Shown: positions 35,939 to 45,647 of the stretch, in pieces
Layout: each line of letters begins with the position of its first letter
Numbering within the stretch: position 1 is the stretch's first letter
Virus record (IMG/VR): IMGVR_UViG_3300046543_000266
Location: 1-64,000 of that record
Length of the DNA stretch: 64,000 bases
Direction: 5' to 3' (one strand)
The notes under the pieces: model-generated
The model's database searches: none
What the model was told of the DNA's origin: nothing
What the model saw: only the letters and a program-made list of their open reading frames with translations
Program-made: the position numbers and the translations under genes

Positions 35939-36493
35939 ATGACCAAGAAAGCAACTATGAAGCTCAAGCCTCAGTCCACGCTTGAACAAGTCCGGGCGGC
36001 GGTATGTCAAGCGTTGGGTCTCAACAAGAGTGCGCTTCGCGATGACGCCCACTTCGCAAACGATCTGGGTGCCGATAGTATCGACCTCGGCGAGATCTTC
36101 ACCAATCTCGAAGAGGCGTTCGACATTTCGATTACCGATGAAGAAGCCGCGCTGTGCTGCACGGTTCAGCACGCCACTAGACTGGTTGAACTGAAGCTTC
36201 GGCCCGAAGAGGGCACTCGCTGGTACATCGTGTATCTCGACAACGACCCGAGCGTCTTGGGCCTCGTCGAGTTGAAGATCAACAGTGTGCCGCTGGACCA
36301 CAAGCCCTACGGTAACCGAGGTGACGAGATAGACCATCTGCACACGGTGCCGAACAAGTCGCACCTGAAGCGGGCGTCCTATCAAGCCTTCCCCAAGATG
36401 GAAGACGCTGCCGAGTACGGGGCTCAGCTGGCTCGTACACATAGCAAGTCGTTCTACCTGTTTGACACACAGTTCCGCATTCTCGACAACTAA
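35939..36493 (+). CDS. acyl carrier protein domain fused to unknown C-terminal domain
   Basis: FANDLGADSIDLGEIFTNLEEAFDISITDEEA; Ser codon 36077-36079. Confidence 0.85.
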   Translation: MTKKATMKLKPQSTLEQVRAAVCQALGLNKSALRDDAHFANDLGADSIDLGEIFTNLEEAFDISITDEEAALCCTVQHATRLVELKLRPEEGTRWYIVYLDNDPSVLGLVELKINSVPLDHKPYGNRGDEIDHLHTVPNKSHLKRASYQAFPKMEDAAEYGAQLARTHSKSFYLFDTQFRILDN

Positions 36494-36504
36494 CAGAGGC
36501 CATA

Positions 36505-36750
36505 ATGAAAACACGCCAACTGTGGGCGCACGTACGAGCCAATGTGTTCTGTCTGGGAAGACTGTGTCTTTTGGTCAAAACCGGCAAAGCATGGTCGGTG
36601 GAAACCCAGAGTGTCGAATTAGACGGTGGGTCCACCACCGTGGCGTATATTGGAGCAGTCCATGTACCCAAGGGTCAGTCGTGGCCCAATGGTGAAGGCA
36701 TAGAGCGTGTCGCGTTCTATGGACGCCGCCTCACACTGAAGGAACTTTAG
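36505..36750 (+). CDS. hypothetical protein
   Basis: GAGG SD. Confidence 0.6.
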   Translation: MKTRQLWAHVRANVFCLGRLCLLVKTGKAWSVETQSVELDGGSTTVAYIGAVHVPKGQSWPNGEGIERVAFYGRRLTLKEL

Positions 36751-36796
36751 AACGGCTCCTACCTAGGAGCTGCCAAACAATCACGGAGATACGCGC

Positions 36797-37132
36797 ATGA
36801 ATGCACATACTATCACGGCGACGAACCCGATCACGGCTGTGCGCAAGGTCCACCTGATGGATCTGCTGTGTAAGTACCGTATGGAAGTAACGATAGACCA
36901 GGACGCCGAGTGGGAATGGGAACCCAACAATCAGCTGTCCATACATGACGTCGTGTACGACCTATCGGTCAAGGCCGAGTGGGGAGGCAAGCGTTCAGAC
37001 AACTTCAGCTTCCGGCCACAGGCAGGTCGGGCCGGTGGTGATGCCTACTTCCGAGCCTTGGAACAGGCTATCCATTCCTGGGTCAAGAAGAATGGTAAGC
37101 ACGAAGCCGCGTTCAGTGCGGAGCCCCTCTAA
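36797..37132 (+). CDS. hypothetical protein
   Basis: GGAG SD. Confidence 0.65.
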   Translation: MNAHTITATNPITAVRKVHLMDLLCKYRMEVTIDQDAEWEWEPNNQLSIHDVVYDLSVKAEWGGKRSDNFSFRPQAGRAGGDAYFRALEQAIHSWVKKNGKHEAAFSAEPL

Positions 37133-37335
37133 TGTTCCGAGTCATCATCAAGGGGCCGAACAACACGCAAGCAGTCCTCAATCCCGAACAGTTCCAGGCA
37201 GTGCGTCATATCATCGTGAAGATGATGAACAACGGTATGACGCGTGCCCGCGCCCATATCACGATAGCCGAGCGTCTGGCCGAAGTTGGCCTTCCCCTAC
37301 AATTCGTTGAACGGAGTAATAAACATGCCGACTAA
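37132..37335 (+). CDS. hypothetical protein
   Basis: TAATG coupling. Confidence 0.6.
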   Translation: MFRVIIKGPNNTQAVLNPEQFQAVRHIIVKMMNNGMTRARAHITIAERLAEVGLPLQFVERSNKHAD

Positions 37336-37825
37336 ATCTGGTGTAGCAACCCTTGCGGATCTGAAGCAAGGTGTGTCCCTGTTCTATGTGTTCAGTGTGT
37401 CCGACGCCAGCGGTACGCGTCGTGTTGCTCATGAAGTAGAACGCTTTGAAGTCATCCGAGTAACTCGCGATTTTATCGGGAATCGGTATTCGACTCGCGT
37501 CCACTTCAAGAGCCCCGACCGCTGGTCTATCGATCACCCGCAGGGCCGTCCGGCACCGATGGACGTTGACCAGATGTTTGCTGAGGACATGGGTATCCAT
37601 CCCAAGGGCCGAGTCTGGATCCGAGACGTTGGTCACAAGTGTTTCCTGTCGTATGCCCGCGCCGAGTCGTATCGCAAACGTCTGATCGCAACACCGCAGT
37701 CCGCGAAGGAAACAAAGCACGCCATCTACGTACACCAGCTCCTTCTGAAGTCGATGTCTACTGCACAAAGGTTCGGTGCCCCTAAGGAACAGTTGTTCAA
37801 GATGGTCGAACAGATGGAGGGTTAA
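37325..37825 (+). CDS. hypothetical protein
   Basis: GGAG SD before ATG 37325. Confidence 0.65.
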   Translation: MPTKSGVATLADLKQGVSLFYVFSVSDASGTRRVAHEVERFEVIRVTRDFIGNRYSTRVHFKSPDRWSIDHPQGRPAPMDVDQMFAEDMGIHPKGRVWIRDVGHKCFLSYARAESYRKRLIATPQSAKETKHAIYVHQLLLKSMSTAQRFGAPKEQLFKMVEQMEG

Positions 37826-37852
37826 TACCACATCAACCAACGGAGGGCTACC

Positions 37853-38107
37853 GTGCCGAAGATAAAGAAGATGTTCGAACCGCCCCCAGTCTCTGGACGG
37901 TTCACGTATCGGGGAACGAAGAACAGTCGGCCGCCTCCCAACAAGCCCGCGCTGTTCATTTGTCAGCAGCAAGTAGGTATCTTCGACCTGAACGATCCGT
38001 TCGTGGTCGCTGCCTACAACAATGCCGTTCTACTGTATCCGCACAGTGATATGCTGACGGATCTTCAGTTGTTCAATGATCTATGCAATACCTTTCTAGC
38101 GAGGTAA
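37853..38107 (+). CDS. hypothetical protein
   Basis: GGAGG SD before GTG. Confidence 0.6.
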   Translation: MPKIKKMFEPPPVSGRFTYRGTKNSRPPPNKPALFICQQQVGIFDLNDPFVVAAYNNAVLLYPHSDMLTDLQLFNDLCNTFLAR

Positions 38108-38109
38108 CA

Positions 38110-38631
38110 ATGCCAGCCAAGAAGACAAGCAAGTCCAAGGTGGTCGACGCCGTTGAAGAACGCACGCCCAAGCCAACCAAGCCAGCCAAATCAAGCAAGA
38201 CGACGAAGGTGGGTGCTCCTGAATGCTCGCGATTCGTCAACCTGTTGACTGAGGCGCTGCGCACCAACGCGCTCCTGGAACGCCATCGTATTGAAGTCGA
38301 ACTCATGCTAGGTGTCGAGGACGCGTATGCCACGGCCGGAACTCTCGGAGCGCAGTTCTCTTACCCCGAAACGGACGATCACTGCCCGGCCGACGCGCAG
38401 TTCTTGAACGGTAAGAAGCATGTGGTTATCGTCAACCTCGAGTCCAATGACTACCTATTCGAAGACACGGCCGCCGGGATGCGGGCTCTTATCGGTGTAG
38501 AAGCTCATGAAGCCATCGTGCGCAAACGCAAGGACGCTGCCCTTCGCAAGCTCACTCAGGAAGAGCGGGAAGCGCTGAACATGGGGCATTGGGTTGACCC
38601 GTTCAGGCAAGCGGCCAAGCCGAATCAATAA
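38110..38631 (+). CDS. hypothetical protein, K-rich N-tail, C-terminal ALRKLTQEEREAL motif
   Basis: GAGGT SD before ATG 38110. Confidence 0.7.
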   Translation: MPAKKTSKSKVVDAVEERTPKPTKPAKSSKTTKVGAPECSRFVNLLTEALRTNALLERHRIEVELMLGVEDAYATAGTLGAQFSYPETDDHCPADAQFLNGKKHVVIVNLESNDYLFEDTAAGMRALIGVEAHEAIVRKRKDAALRKLTQEEREALNMGHWVDPFRQAAKPNQ

Positions 38632-38658
38632 CTACCGTCTATACAGGAACGCCCATTC

Positions 38659-39000
38659 ATGCCACATCACCAGTCTCATCTGGATGCCTTTCATAAGAAC
38701 GCTTCCCTACACTGCCGGATTGGCGATCTCCCAGTTGGATCCAAGGCCATCATCCTCAGTATGCACTTCAAGCGCGCCTTGATAGTCCGCTTGAATGGGC
38801 GTGCTACCGACGGAATGCACATCTACGGCACGGTGCTGTTCCCGAAAGGAATCAGCCCCAAGGGTGCAGAGCAGAAGTTCGACCGTGTGGCGAGCGCACT
38901 GGCTCTGCCATTGACGGACGCGCAAGCCAACGAGTACATCGCAGCAGCCGAAGCGGCGGTCGCCCATCGGTCCGAAGCACAGAAGGCCAGCCACTCCTAG
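38659..39000 (+). CDS. hypothetical protein
   Basis: 113 aa, AGGA SD. Confidence 0.65.
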   Translation: MPHHQSHLDAFHKNASLHCRIGDLPVGSKAIILSMHFKRALIVRLNGRATDGMHIYGTVLFPKGISPKGAEQKFDRVASALALPLTDAQANEYIAAAEAAVAHRSEAQKASHS

Positions 39001-39014
39001 GCTCGCAACTCGGT

Positions 39015-39067
39015 GTTGTTTTGACGCAACACGCCCGCTAGGAGGCTATGTTAGGGCGTGGTATAAT
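39015..39067 (+). promoter_or_regulatory. palindrome + extended -10 promoter
   Basis: GTTGTTTTGACGCAAC 39015-39030; 31 nt; TGgTATAAT (39062-39067) then AAGGTGCG. Confidence 0.8.
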
Positions 39068-39169
39068 AAGGTGCGGGCGCAGCGCGCATCACTCACAGCG
39101 CGTGGCACGTCTACTCCAGGCGGCGCTCCTGCCCCGCATCTGATAACGTCTAACGAAAGGACAACCAAT

Positions 39170-39931
39170 ATGAAACGCGTTTACTGGTCGCAAGCTGAGA
39201 AGAAAGAAGTCGCCGAAGTATCCTTCACCTTCCGCAACGACCACGCATTCACCGGCTCGGATTTGGATTGCGTGCGCGAGGCAATGCGCAAGTGCCTACG
39301 ACCGGATCGTCATCGCAACCTCATTTCCATGGCTGAAGTCCCGTGGTTGCGCGGCTGCTGGATCGAACTCAGCCACGCAGTCAAAGAACATAAGCGTCCG
39401 CTCATTCAAGGTGCTGTGCATCCGCACGTCGAGCGAGAACATGCTCCGCAGTTCAGCCTGACCGACGTTTCCATAGCCGACCTCTTCAAGGAACTGTCGA
39501 AGCGCATCGACGATCTTGCCAATCCGAACAAGCTCCGCGCGCTGATCCGCGCTGAGGTTAATGCAACCATCGACCGTCGGTTGCCCGGCGTCATCCCACC
39601 GGATACGCTGGATGTTGCCGACAAGCCGAAGCCTCGCGCTGTAGTTCCGAAGGTCGCGGTCATAGGTTTGCTTGGTCAGCAGCAACACATGCTGAAGCAG
39701 CATTACAATGGACAGGTGGACTTCCACTGGTTGGAAGGTAACGAAGGTAGCCAGCGAGTCAAGAACACGGCCCGTACTATGGACCTGACGATCAAGTCCA
39801 AGTGGTCCAAGGGGGAGTTGGGTTCCACCAAGGACTTCGAGAAGTTCCACGCAGTCAACGGCGGACTAGGCCAGATCCGGGCCCTCATCAACCGCACGTT
39901 CATGCTCGACGGTACACCTGCCGCCAAGTAA
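39170..39931 (+). CDS. hypothetical early protein, possible DUF2325-like C-terminal domain
   Basis: ATG 39170 after partial cassette TCTGATAACGTCTAACGAAAGGA; KVAVIGL..VNGGLGQIRALI. Confidence 0.7.
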   Translation: MKRVYWSQAEKKEVAEVSFTFRNDHAFTGSDLDCVREAMRKCLRPDRHRNLISMAEVPWLRGCWIELSHAVKEHKRPLIQGAVHPHVEREHAPQFSLTDVSIADLFKELSKRIDDLANPNKLRALIRAEVNATIDRRLPGVIPPDTLDVADKPKPRAVVPKVAVIGLLGQQQHMLKQHYNGQVDFHWLEGNEGSQRVKNTARTMDLTIKSKWSKGELGSTKDFEKFHAVNGGLGQIRALINRTFMLDGTPAAK

Positions 39932-39993
39932 AACCCAACACAGCCCCGAAAGGGGCTATTCCCGTTTCTGATCCACGCACCCATCGCACAGGC

Positions 39994-40173
39994 ATGAACA
40001 TGAAAGGCCGACTCTTGCTTCTCGCAGCAACCATCGCAGCTCTGATCCTGTACTACCTCAGCCCGTCTCACGTGGAAGTCGGGTTCGAGGATGAAGTCTG
40101 GGCGGATTGCCGGGTGGACGATCATAACGTGTGCGTTCCTACCCAACGACCGAAGTACCAATCAAACATCTGA
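39994..40173 (+). CDS. small membrane-anchored protein
   Basis: N-terminal hydrophobic segment. Confidence 0.55.
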   Translation: MNMKGRLLLLAATIAALILYYLSPSHVEVGFEDEVWADCRVDDHNVCVPTQRPKYQSNI

Positions 40174-40175
40174 TC

Positions 40176-40838
40176 ATGAAGATCCAAAGCCGATACAAGG
40201 ATTACTACGATTACGTCGCCCATCAGTTCGGCGGCGGCGATCCAAAGGTGGTGTACGAGCGGGAGCGTGTGGTTGCCCCGACGTATCACGACGGGCAGAT
40301 TGCGTACGAGAACACGATGGACGTTCCTACCAACATGTCGCTGTACATTCCGAACTCCAGTCTCAGGTGGGGACGGAACATCACGGGCTCATCGTGGTAC
40401 TTCAAAGGACTGGTCGTAGCCGGTCGCTGGTACATGCTTCGACAGGAGTCGCGTGCGCCAGCAGTCCGAGGCACGAGCAAGGAGTTCCCGAAGCGCGAGC
40501 TCGGCCCCTGGACGATCCATATAACCCGCGAAGCATCTGGTCAGTTCCAACCTCGAATGGTGGAGCTCTCGCGTCTGGTTAAGGCTCCAGTGTTCACGGT
40601 GGTTGGTGACGGATACAACTACCACAAGGTGGAGGGCAAAGTGCCCCATCTTGGTGACTTGGGGTTCGCCAAGATCATGAGTCCGGAGCAGTGCTATCAG
40701 GAGATCGCCATGTTTCTCGGGAACACCATCTTGGTGAACCCTGACGAGACTCCCGAGTCCAAGCCGCCGCTCACAAACGAAGAGCGTGCTGTTGCACACG
40801 GATTCGACAAGAAGGTGTCGTTCCGTCACCGCAAGTAG
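40176..40838 (+). CDS. conserved-type phage hypothetical protein
   Basis: MKIQSRYKDYYD..HGFDKKVSFRHRK. Confidence 0.75.
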   Translation: MKIQSRYKDYYDYVAHQFGGGDPKVVYERERVVAPTYHDGQIAYENTMDVPTNMSLYIPNSSLRWGRNITGSSWYFKGLVVAGRWYMLRQESRAPAVRGTSKEFPKRELGPWTIHITREASGQFQPRMVELSRLVKAPVFTVVGDGYNYHKVEGKVPHLGDLGFAKIMSPEQCYQEIAMFLGNTILVNPDETPESKPPLTNEERAVAHGFDKKVSFRHRK

Positions 40839-40846
40839 GCAACATC

Positions 40847-41053
40847 ATGGGCAAGCAGCTTTACGATAAGCCTATGACCAACATCGCGTGCCGCCTGAGT
40901 GACGAGGACATCGAGTTGTTCCGCGAGCTTGGTGGCGGCAGCTACTCGTTGGGCATCCGTCGAGCAGCACGCATGATCCGTGAGAACCGCCTGTCTATGA
41001 GCGCCGCCGTTCCCAGGCGCGATCTAGATTGGGTTGAAGTAAATAAGTCATAA
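40847..41053 (+). CDS. small RHH/CopG-like DNA-binding protein
   Basis: NIACRLSDEDIELFRELGGGSYSLGIRRAA. Confidence 0.55.
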   Translation: MGKQLYDKPMTNIACRLSDEDIELFRELGGGSYSLGIRRAARMIRENRLSMSAAVPRRDLDWVEVNKS

Positions 41054-41074
41054 CAATAATTCTGGAGTACCTAC

Positions 41075-41314
41075 ATGATAACGCTGACTGTGTTGGAAGC
41101 TGAGAAACTACGGTTGTACAAGAAGCGCATCGGTGCGATGACCGCGGCTGAAGCGTTAGAGCTTGCTATGGAGTCAGAGCAGTTCATGCGAGACTGTGGC
41201 CCGTTCGACGCGGCGTTCGAGCACTTTGCGCGTTCCTGCCGGGAAATGACCAACTACGCGGAACTCCTGGAGAAGGAAGAGCAGTCAGCGGCGTTGGCAG
41301 TAGCAAACACATAA
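41075..41314 (+). CDS. hypothetical protein
   Basis: GGAG SD; AAGTAAATA variant at 41037-41045. Confidence 0.65.
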   Translation: MITLTVLEAEKLRLYKKRIGAMTAAEALELAMESEQFMRDCGPFDAAFEHFARSCREMTNYAELLEKEEQSAALAVANT

Positions 41315-41331
41315 CCAATACAACTCAAATC

Positions 41332-43263
41332 ATGAATACCAATCAAGATCTCGTATCGTTGAAGCGACAGTACAAACGGGCGGTGGTCGCGTACTACAAC
41401 GCAGACAAGCCCATCATGACAGACGCCGCCTTCGACAAGCTGGAGGACCAGATCCGCAAGGCTGATCCGTCGTGGAAGGAACTGGCTAACACTGGCGTCA
41501 AGGTTGCGGACAAGAAGACCGAGGCACCGTTGGTCGAGTTCATGCCTAGTCTCAACAAGATGTACCCGGAAGCGGTCAGCAAGTTCTACGCTCGCCCCGC
41601 GTCGGCCAAGGTCGGCGCATGGCTATGGATGGACAAGCTGGATGGGACCAGCCTCCAGCTAGTGTACAAGAACGGTCGCCCCTTCAAGCTTATCACGCGT
41701 GGCGACGGCACTCTTGGTGGTGACATCAGCTTCTTCCTGCCTACCTTGGTGAAGCTCAAGCGTATCCCGGCCCAGATCCCCACCAACGGACAGGTGGTGT
41801 TCCGCATCGAGGGTCTGATGTCAGTCAAGACGTTCGCGAAGAAGTGGTCGCGAGGCGTCCGGGGTAAGCTCGGGTTCGACAACATCCGCAACATGGTGAA
41901 CGGCCTCTTCAACAAGAAGGACATGCATCCGGCGCTGGTTGATGTGGACTTGGTGGTGTTGGGAGTGTACGACATGACCATGTACAAAGGTCTGCAGACG
42001 GCAGCCCAATGGGGATTCAACGTCGTGCATTATCAAGTAGTGAAGGGTCACAAGGATTCAGAGAAGGGTCACAAGGACGCAGAAGCGCACGGCAAAGCGT
42101 TGGAGGATCGTCGTGCCGCCAGCATTTACGAGATGGATGGTCTGGTGATTGCTCCGATGATGTTCGAGTTGTCCTATCCCAACGCGGACAAGCCCAAGGC
42201 ACTGATCGCCTTCAAGTTCAACGACGAGGAAAATGCGCAGCAGGTCGTGGTAGAGGACATCATCTGGCAAAAGACGCGGCTCAAGCGCTGGATACCGAAG
42301 ATCAACATCAAGCCCACCAAGATGGACGGCGTCATGGTTTCGAATGCGGCCGCCCACAACGCTGAGTGGATGAAGGAGAAGGGTATCGGGCCGGGAGCTA
42401 TCGTCAAGGTTCTGCGCAGTGGTGGCGTCATCCCGAAGATTGTGGGCGTCGTCAAGAAGGCTGCATTCAAGGAACCGCCTGGACCGTATGAAGTTCAGGG
42501 CGTCCACTTCGTCATGGCCGAGCACGACAAGGCAACCGAAGTACGTGGCATCCACTTCTTCATGACCACGCTTGGCGTCGAGCTCCTGGCCTCGAAGACC
42601 ATCAGCTTGCTGTATGACCACGGCTTCACGACGCCTGAATCCTATATCAAGCTGGCCCACGCATCGGACAAGATCATCAAGCATACGCTGGCTCCCGCAG
42701 AGTTGGGTCCAAAGCAAAGCGCCAAGATCATCGCTGAGCTGAAGCGCGTGCTGTGCAACACGGTGTCGCTGCGTCTGCTGATGGTGGCGTCGGGTGCCTT
42801 CGAGAAGGGTGGCATGGGTAAGCGCAAGCTGGAGCAGCTGGAGGACGCTGGTATCGCAATGGCCCGCTTGTGCAACATGAAGAGCCCTGAGCTTATCAGC
42901 ACGGTGGAAAACATCAAGGGCTTCAGCAGCAAGACTGCCACGATTCTGAATGACGGCGTGAAGGTGTTCCGTGAATGGTATCGTCCGCTGAAGGGCGTGC
43001 TCACCGTGGACGGCGCGTTACCTAAGAAGGCGAAGCCAGTCGCTGGTGGCAAGCTGTCTGGTATCAACGTGGCCTGGACTTCGTACCGGGACAAGGATCA
43101 GGAAGCGAAGGTTGTGGCCCTCGGCGGTGCCGTGGTTCCGTACGGTGCCAAGATGACGGTCCTGCTGTACAAGGAAGGAGCCAAGTTCGCAGCCAAGATC
43201 GAGAAGGCTGGCGACAAGGCCATGACGTGGGAAACGTTCACCAACAATTATGGAGTCAAGTAA
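41332..43263 (+). CDS. ligA: NAD-dependent DNA ligase (BRCT present, no obvious C4 Zn finger)
   Basis: YYN..PIMTDAAFDKL, MPSLNK, KLDG, TRGDG..G.DI, EMDGLV, AFKF, RSGGVIPKI. Confidence 0.93.
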   Translation: MNTNQDLVSLKRQYKRAVVAYYNADKPIMTDAAFDKLEDQIRKADPSWKELANTGVKVADKKTEAPLVEFMPSLNKMYPEAVSKFYARPASAKVGAWLWMDKLDGTSLQLVYKNGRPFKLITRGDGTLGGDISFFLPTLVKLKRIPAQIPTNGQVVFRIEGLMSVKTFAKKWSRGVRGKLGFDNIRNMVNGLFNKKDMHPALVDVDLVVLGVYDMTMYKGLQTAAQWGFNVVHYQVVKGHKDSEKGHKDAEAHGKALEDRRAASIYEMDGLVIAPMMFELSYPNADKPKALIAFKFNDEENAQQVVVEDIIWQKTRLKRWIPKINIKPTKMDGVMVSNAAAHNAEWMKEKGIGPGAIVKVLRSGGVIPKIVGVVKKAAFKEPPGPYEVQGVHFVMAEHDKATEVRGIHFFMTTLGVELLASKTISLLYDHGFTTPESYIKLAHASDKIIKHTLAPAELGPKQSAKIIAELKRVLCNTVSLRLLMVASGAFEKGGMGKRKLEQLEDAGIAMARLCNMKSPELISTVENIKGFSSKTATILNDGVKVFREWYRPLKGVLTVDGALPKKAKPVAGGKLSGINVAWTSYRDKDQEAKVVALGGAVVPYGAKMTVLLYKEGAKFAAKIEKAGDKAMTWETFTNNYGVK

Positions 43264-43607
43264 TGCTGATGCCTATGCTGGAAGTACGTGCCGGAAGCGC
43301 CTATTGGTTCAGCCTCTGCAACGCTCGTGGGAACACAGTGTGGGTTCCCGCGTTGGTTGTCGAGGTGAACGGTGCGCTGATGGCGATCAATCATGCAACG
43401 GCCCTTCCGTTGGATATCTCGGACAAGCGCTGGCAAGCCGCCAAGCTGATGTCGGAGTACACCTTCCACCGCTTCCTGTCGAAGACCTATGCCAAGATGG
43501 GTAATCATGAGAAGTCCATGGAACTGTACTGGAAAGCGATGGGGTCGTTAACTCCGGATCAGCATCGCAGCATTATCGAGTCCAAATCCACGCACGCGGT
43601 TTCCTGA
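43263..43607 (+). CDS. hypothetical protein
   Basis: TAATG coupling to ligA. Confidence 0.6.
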   Translation: MLMPMLEVRAGSAYWFSLCNARGNTVWVPALVVEVNGALMAINHATALPLDISDKRWQAAKLMSEYTFHRFLSKTYAKMGNHEKSMELYWKAMGSLTPDQHRSIIESKSTHAVS

Positions 43608-43616
43608 GGAGCTACC

Positions 43617-43832
43617 ATGTCGCCATACGCTGGACTGGCGCTGTCGGTGGTTGTCACCAGTTCCTTCTTCCTGTATTTGCTTCCCGCGATCATCGCCAGC
43701 CGCCGTAGACATCGTCACGAGAACACCATCTTGGCACTCACCGTCGTATTCGGGTGGACTGTCATCATATGGCTGGCTCTGTTCGCATGGGCGCTGTACG
43801 GTGAAGTGCTTCCCAATCGCATCAACCGCTGA
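43617..43832 (+). CDS. imm: superinfection immunity protein (T4 Imm-like)
   Basis: LYLLPAIIASRRRHRHENTILALTVVFGWTVIIWLALFAWAL. Confidence 0.85.
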   Translation: MSPYAGLALSVVVTSSFFLYLLPAIIASRRRHRHENTILALTVVFGWTVIIWLALFAWALYGEVLPNRINR

Positions 43833-43843
43833 TCGAGTCAACT

Positions 43844-44056
43844 ATGAAATATCCGTATCCTCACCACAGCTCCACGTATCACCGCTCTTCATCGGGTGGT
43901 GGCAATGCTGAAGACAACCTCAAATACTTTCAAGACAAAGCCCTTAACGCGAATGACGAGATGCTTGCCACCGCTATCGGCATCGCTGTCGGTGCCGTAG
44001 CAACTATCGCAGCGGCATGGGTCTGTCATCACTTGTTCACCAGGAAGACGAAATGA
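43844..44056 (+). CDS. small membrane protein
   Basis: C-terminal TM. Confidence 0.55.
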   Translation: MKYPYPHHSSTYHRSSSGGGNAEDNLKYFQDKALNANDEMLATAIGIAVGAVATIAAAWVCHHLFTRKTK

Positions 44057-44382
44057 TTCAACGTTTACTTTCGCTGTTCCGTAACGCGAAGCCTACGTTC
44101 GGCCAGCGCCTTGAATGTGGACCCGGTCGGCAAATCGGTGTTCATGGCCGGATCATCAAGGGATTAGGTGGTCTGAACGATTCCATGTTGTGTACGCGTT
44201 GTGGATACGAGCGCTATGAAGAACGCTGGTCCCAGGAAGAATACGACCGGGCAGTTCCGGCGGAGGCCACCGAAGCCATGTTCGCCGAAGTCATGAAGGC
44301 CCGCAGTCTGCCCGGCGGCATCTACGAAGAGGCCGACCTGGAAGCTATCCACTACCGACCGTATAAGAAGGAGAATACGTGA
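44053..44382 (+). CDS. hypothetical protein
   Basis: ATGA-coupled; CxxC. Confidence 0.6.
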   Translation: MIQRLLSLFRNAKPTFGQRLECGPGRQIGVHGRIIKGLGGLNDSMLCTRCGYERYEERWSQEEYDRAVPAEATEAMFAEVMKARSLPGGIYEEADLEAIHYRPYKKENT

Positions 44383-44574
44383 ATGAGCAATCACCAAGTG
44401 CGTCGCGGCGGTCCGAACGGTGTGACCTGTCTGGGAAACAACGAGCCGGACCGCAAGCCTTACTTGGCTAACTGGAACGGCGTGTCTATAGGCTGCTACA
44501 CCAAGGAAGAGGCTGCGGCAAAAGTTATTCAGCTTCGTGAAGCGGCCCGCAATGAATACCTCGATAACGACTAG
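44383..44574 (+). CDS. hypothetical protein
   Basis: 63 aa, AGGAG upstream. Confidence 0.6.
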   Translation: MSNHQVRRGGPNGVTCLGNNEPDRKPYLANWNGVSIGCYTKEEAAAKVIQLREAARNEYLDND

Positions 44575-44591
44575 AAGGAGCGCCACTGAAA

Positions 44592-44939
44592 ATGGCAAGG
44601 CAACGACAACCATCACCCCTGAAGTGTGCGGTGTGCAAGAAGGCACACGGGGATCACAAGGAAGGAACTCTGAACTGTCCTATGGGAATGCGTCACCGAG
44701 CTGGAACCTATTCGTACTTCAGCAAGGATCAGTACTTCACGCTTCCGTTGCCAGACGTCAGCATTCGTACTCGTAGGCTACTCGAACGGTTCGATGTGCG
44801 TGCCCGTGAGTGGGGACGTATGCACGAGTTCGGCACTGGCCCGACTGTGGAGTTGGCCGAACGTGAATTCCGTCAAGCTCGTACCGCCTTGTACAAGCGT
44901 ATAGCCGAGCTCGAAGACGCCTTGTCCAAGGAAAGCTAA
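44592..44939 (+). CDS. hypothetical protein with CxxC-H-C motif
   Basis: CAVCKKAHGDH....NCP; AAGGAG SD. Confidence 0.65.
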   Translation: MARQRQPSPLKCAVCKKAHGDHKEGTLNCPMGMRHRAGTYSYFSKDQYFTLPLPDVSIRTRRLLERFDVRAREWGRMHEFGTGPTVELAEREFRQARTALYKRIAELEDALSKES

Positions 44940-45256
44940 TGCTCAAAGCTGTCGAGTATAAAGTCCGATTGTTCAATCGGGAAATTCGCAAGCTACCATT
45001 CGTCCTGTCGTTAACCACTGACTATTGCATCAACGGCGACCTGCTGCCGATCGTGGAGATTACTGCGGTGATCGAAACCAAAGAGCCGGTGCAAACATCG
45101 CAGTACCTGAAAATCATCGAACTGTTCATCAACCACTTTGGTGATCAGGCGATACCCACAATCGAGACTGGCCCGACCACTGTCGTCATCAGCAAGGGCC
45201 GGTTCACCAACGAAACTGAAGTCATACATAAAAGCTTCTATGCCCAACTCTATTAA
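44939..45256 (+). CDS. hypothetical protein
   Basis: TAATG coupling. Confidence 0.6.
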   Translation: MLKAVEYKVRLFNREIRKLPFVLSLTTDYCINGDLLPIVEITAVIETKEPVQTSQYLKIIELFINHFGDQAIPTIETGPTTVVISKGRFTNETEVIHKSFYAQLY

Positions 45257-45647
45257 AGACCCAACCGCCACCGCCGTCGGGTATGATACCGACGATATCA
45301 TAGACATCGCCGAAGACTTCGGCACCGTAGTCGAGCCGGATCCGCGTGAAGGCATCCAAGGATTCGTGAGCTTCAGCTTCGAAGGGTTCATCAACTTCGC
45401 CAAGGCGCTGATCGTAGATGTGCGCAATGACGACTATTCTTCGCGCCTCAGCATGGACCACAAGCTTGACGTGGTGATGGCCCACGCTATCACCACGGCG
45501 CTCGGTCACGGCCTGTACGATCAATATGGTCCGTACATCCGCAACTGGCCCAAGGACGACAAGTACGTGCTGATGCATAGCGCACTCACCAAGCTTCTTG
45601 AAGAGCATCGTCAACGGCAAGCAGACAAGAGTCTACAAGAAGTGTAG
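45240..45647 (+). CDS. acidic hypothetical protein
   Basis: ATG 45240 in ORF 45138..45647. Confidence 0.6.
   Translation: MPNSIKDPTATAVGYDTDDIIDIAEDFGTVVEPDPREGIQGFVSFSFEGFINFAKALIVDVRNDDYSSRLSMDHKLDVVMAHAITTALGHGLYDQYGPYIRNWPKDDKYVLMHSALTKLLEEHRQRQADKSLQEV

Noticed and set aside
39021-39026. TTGACG as a -35 element
   Set aside because: It is 35 nt from the TATAAT and is part of the palindrome.
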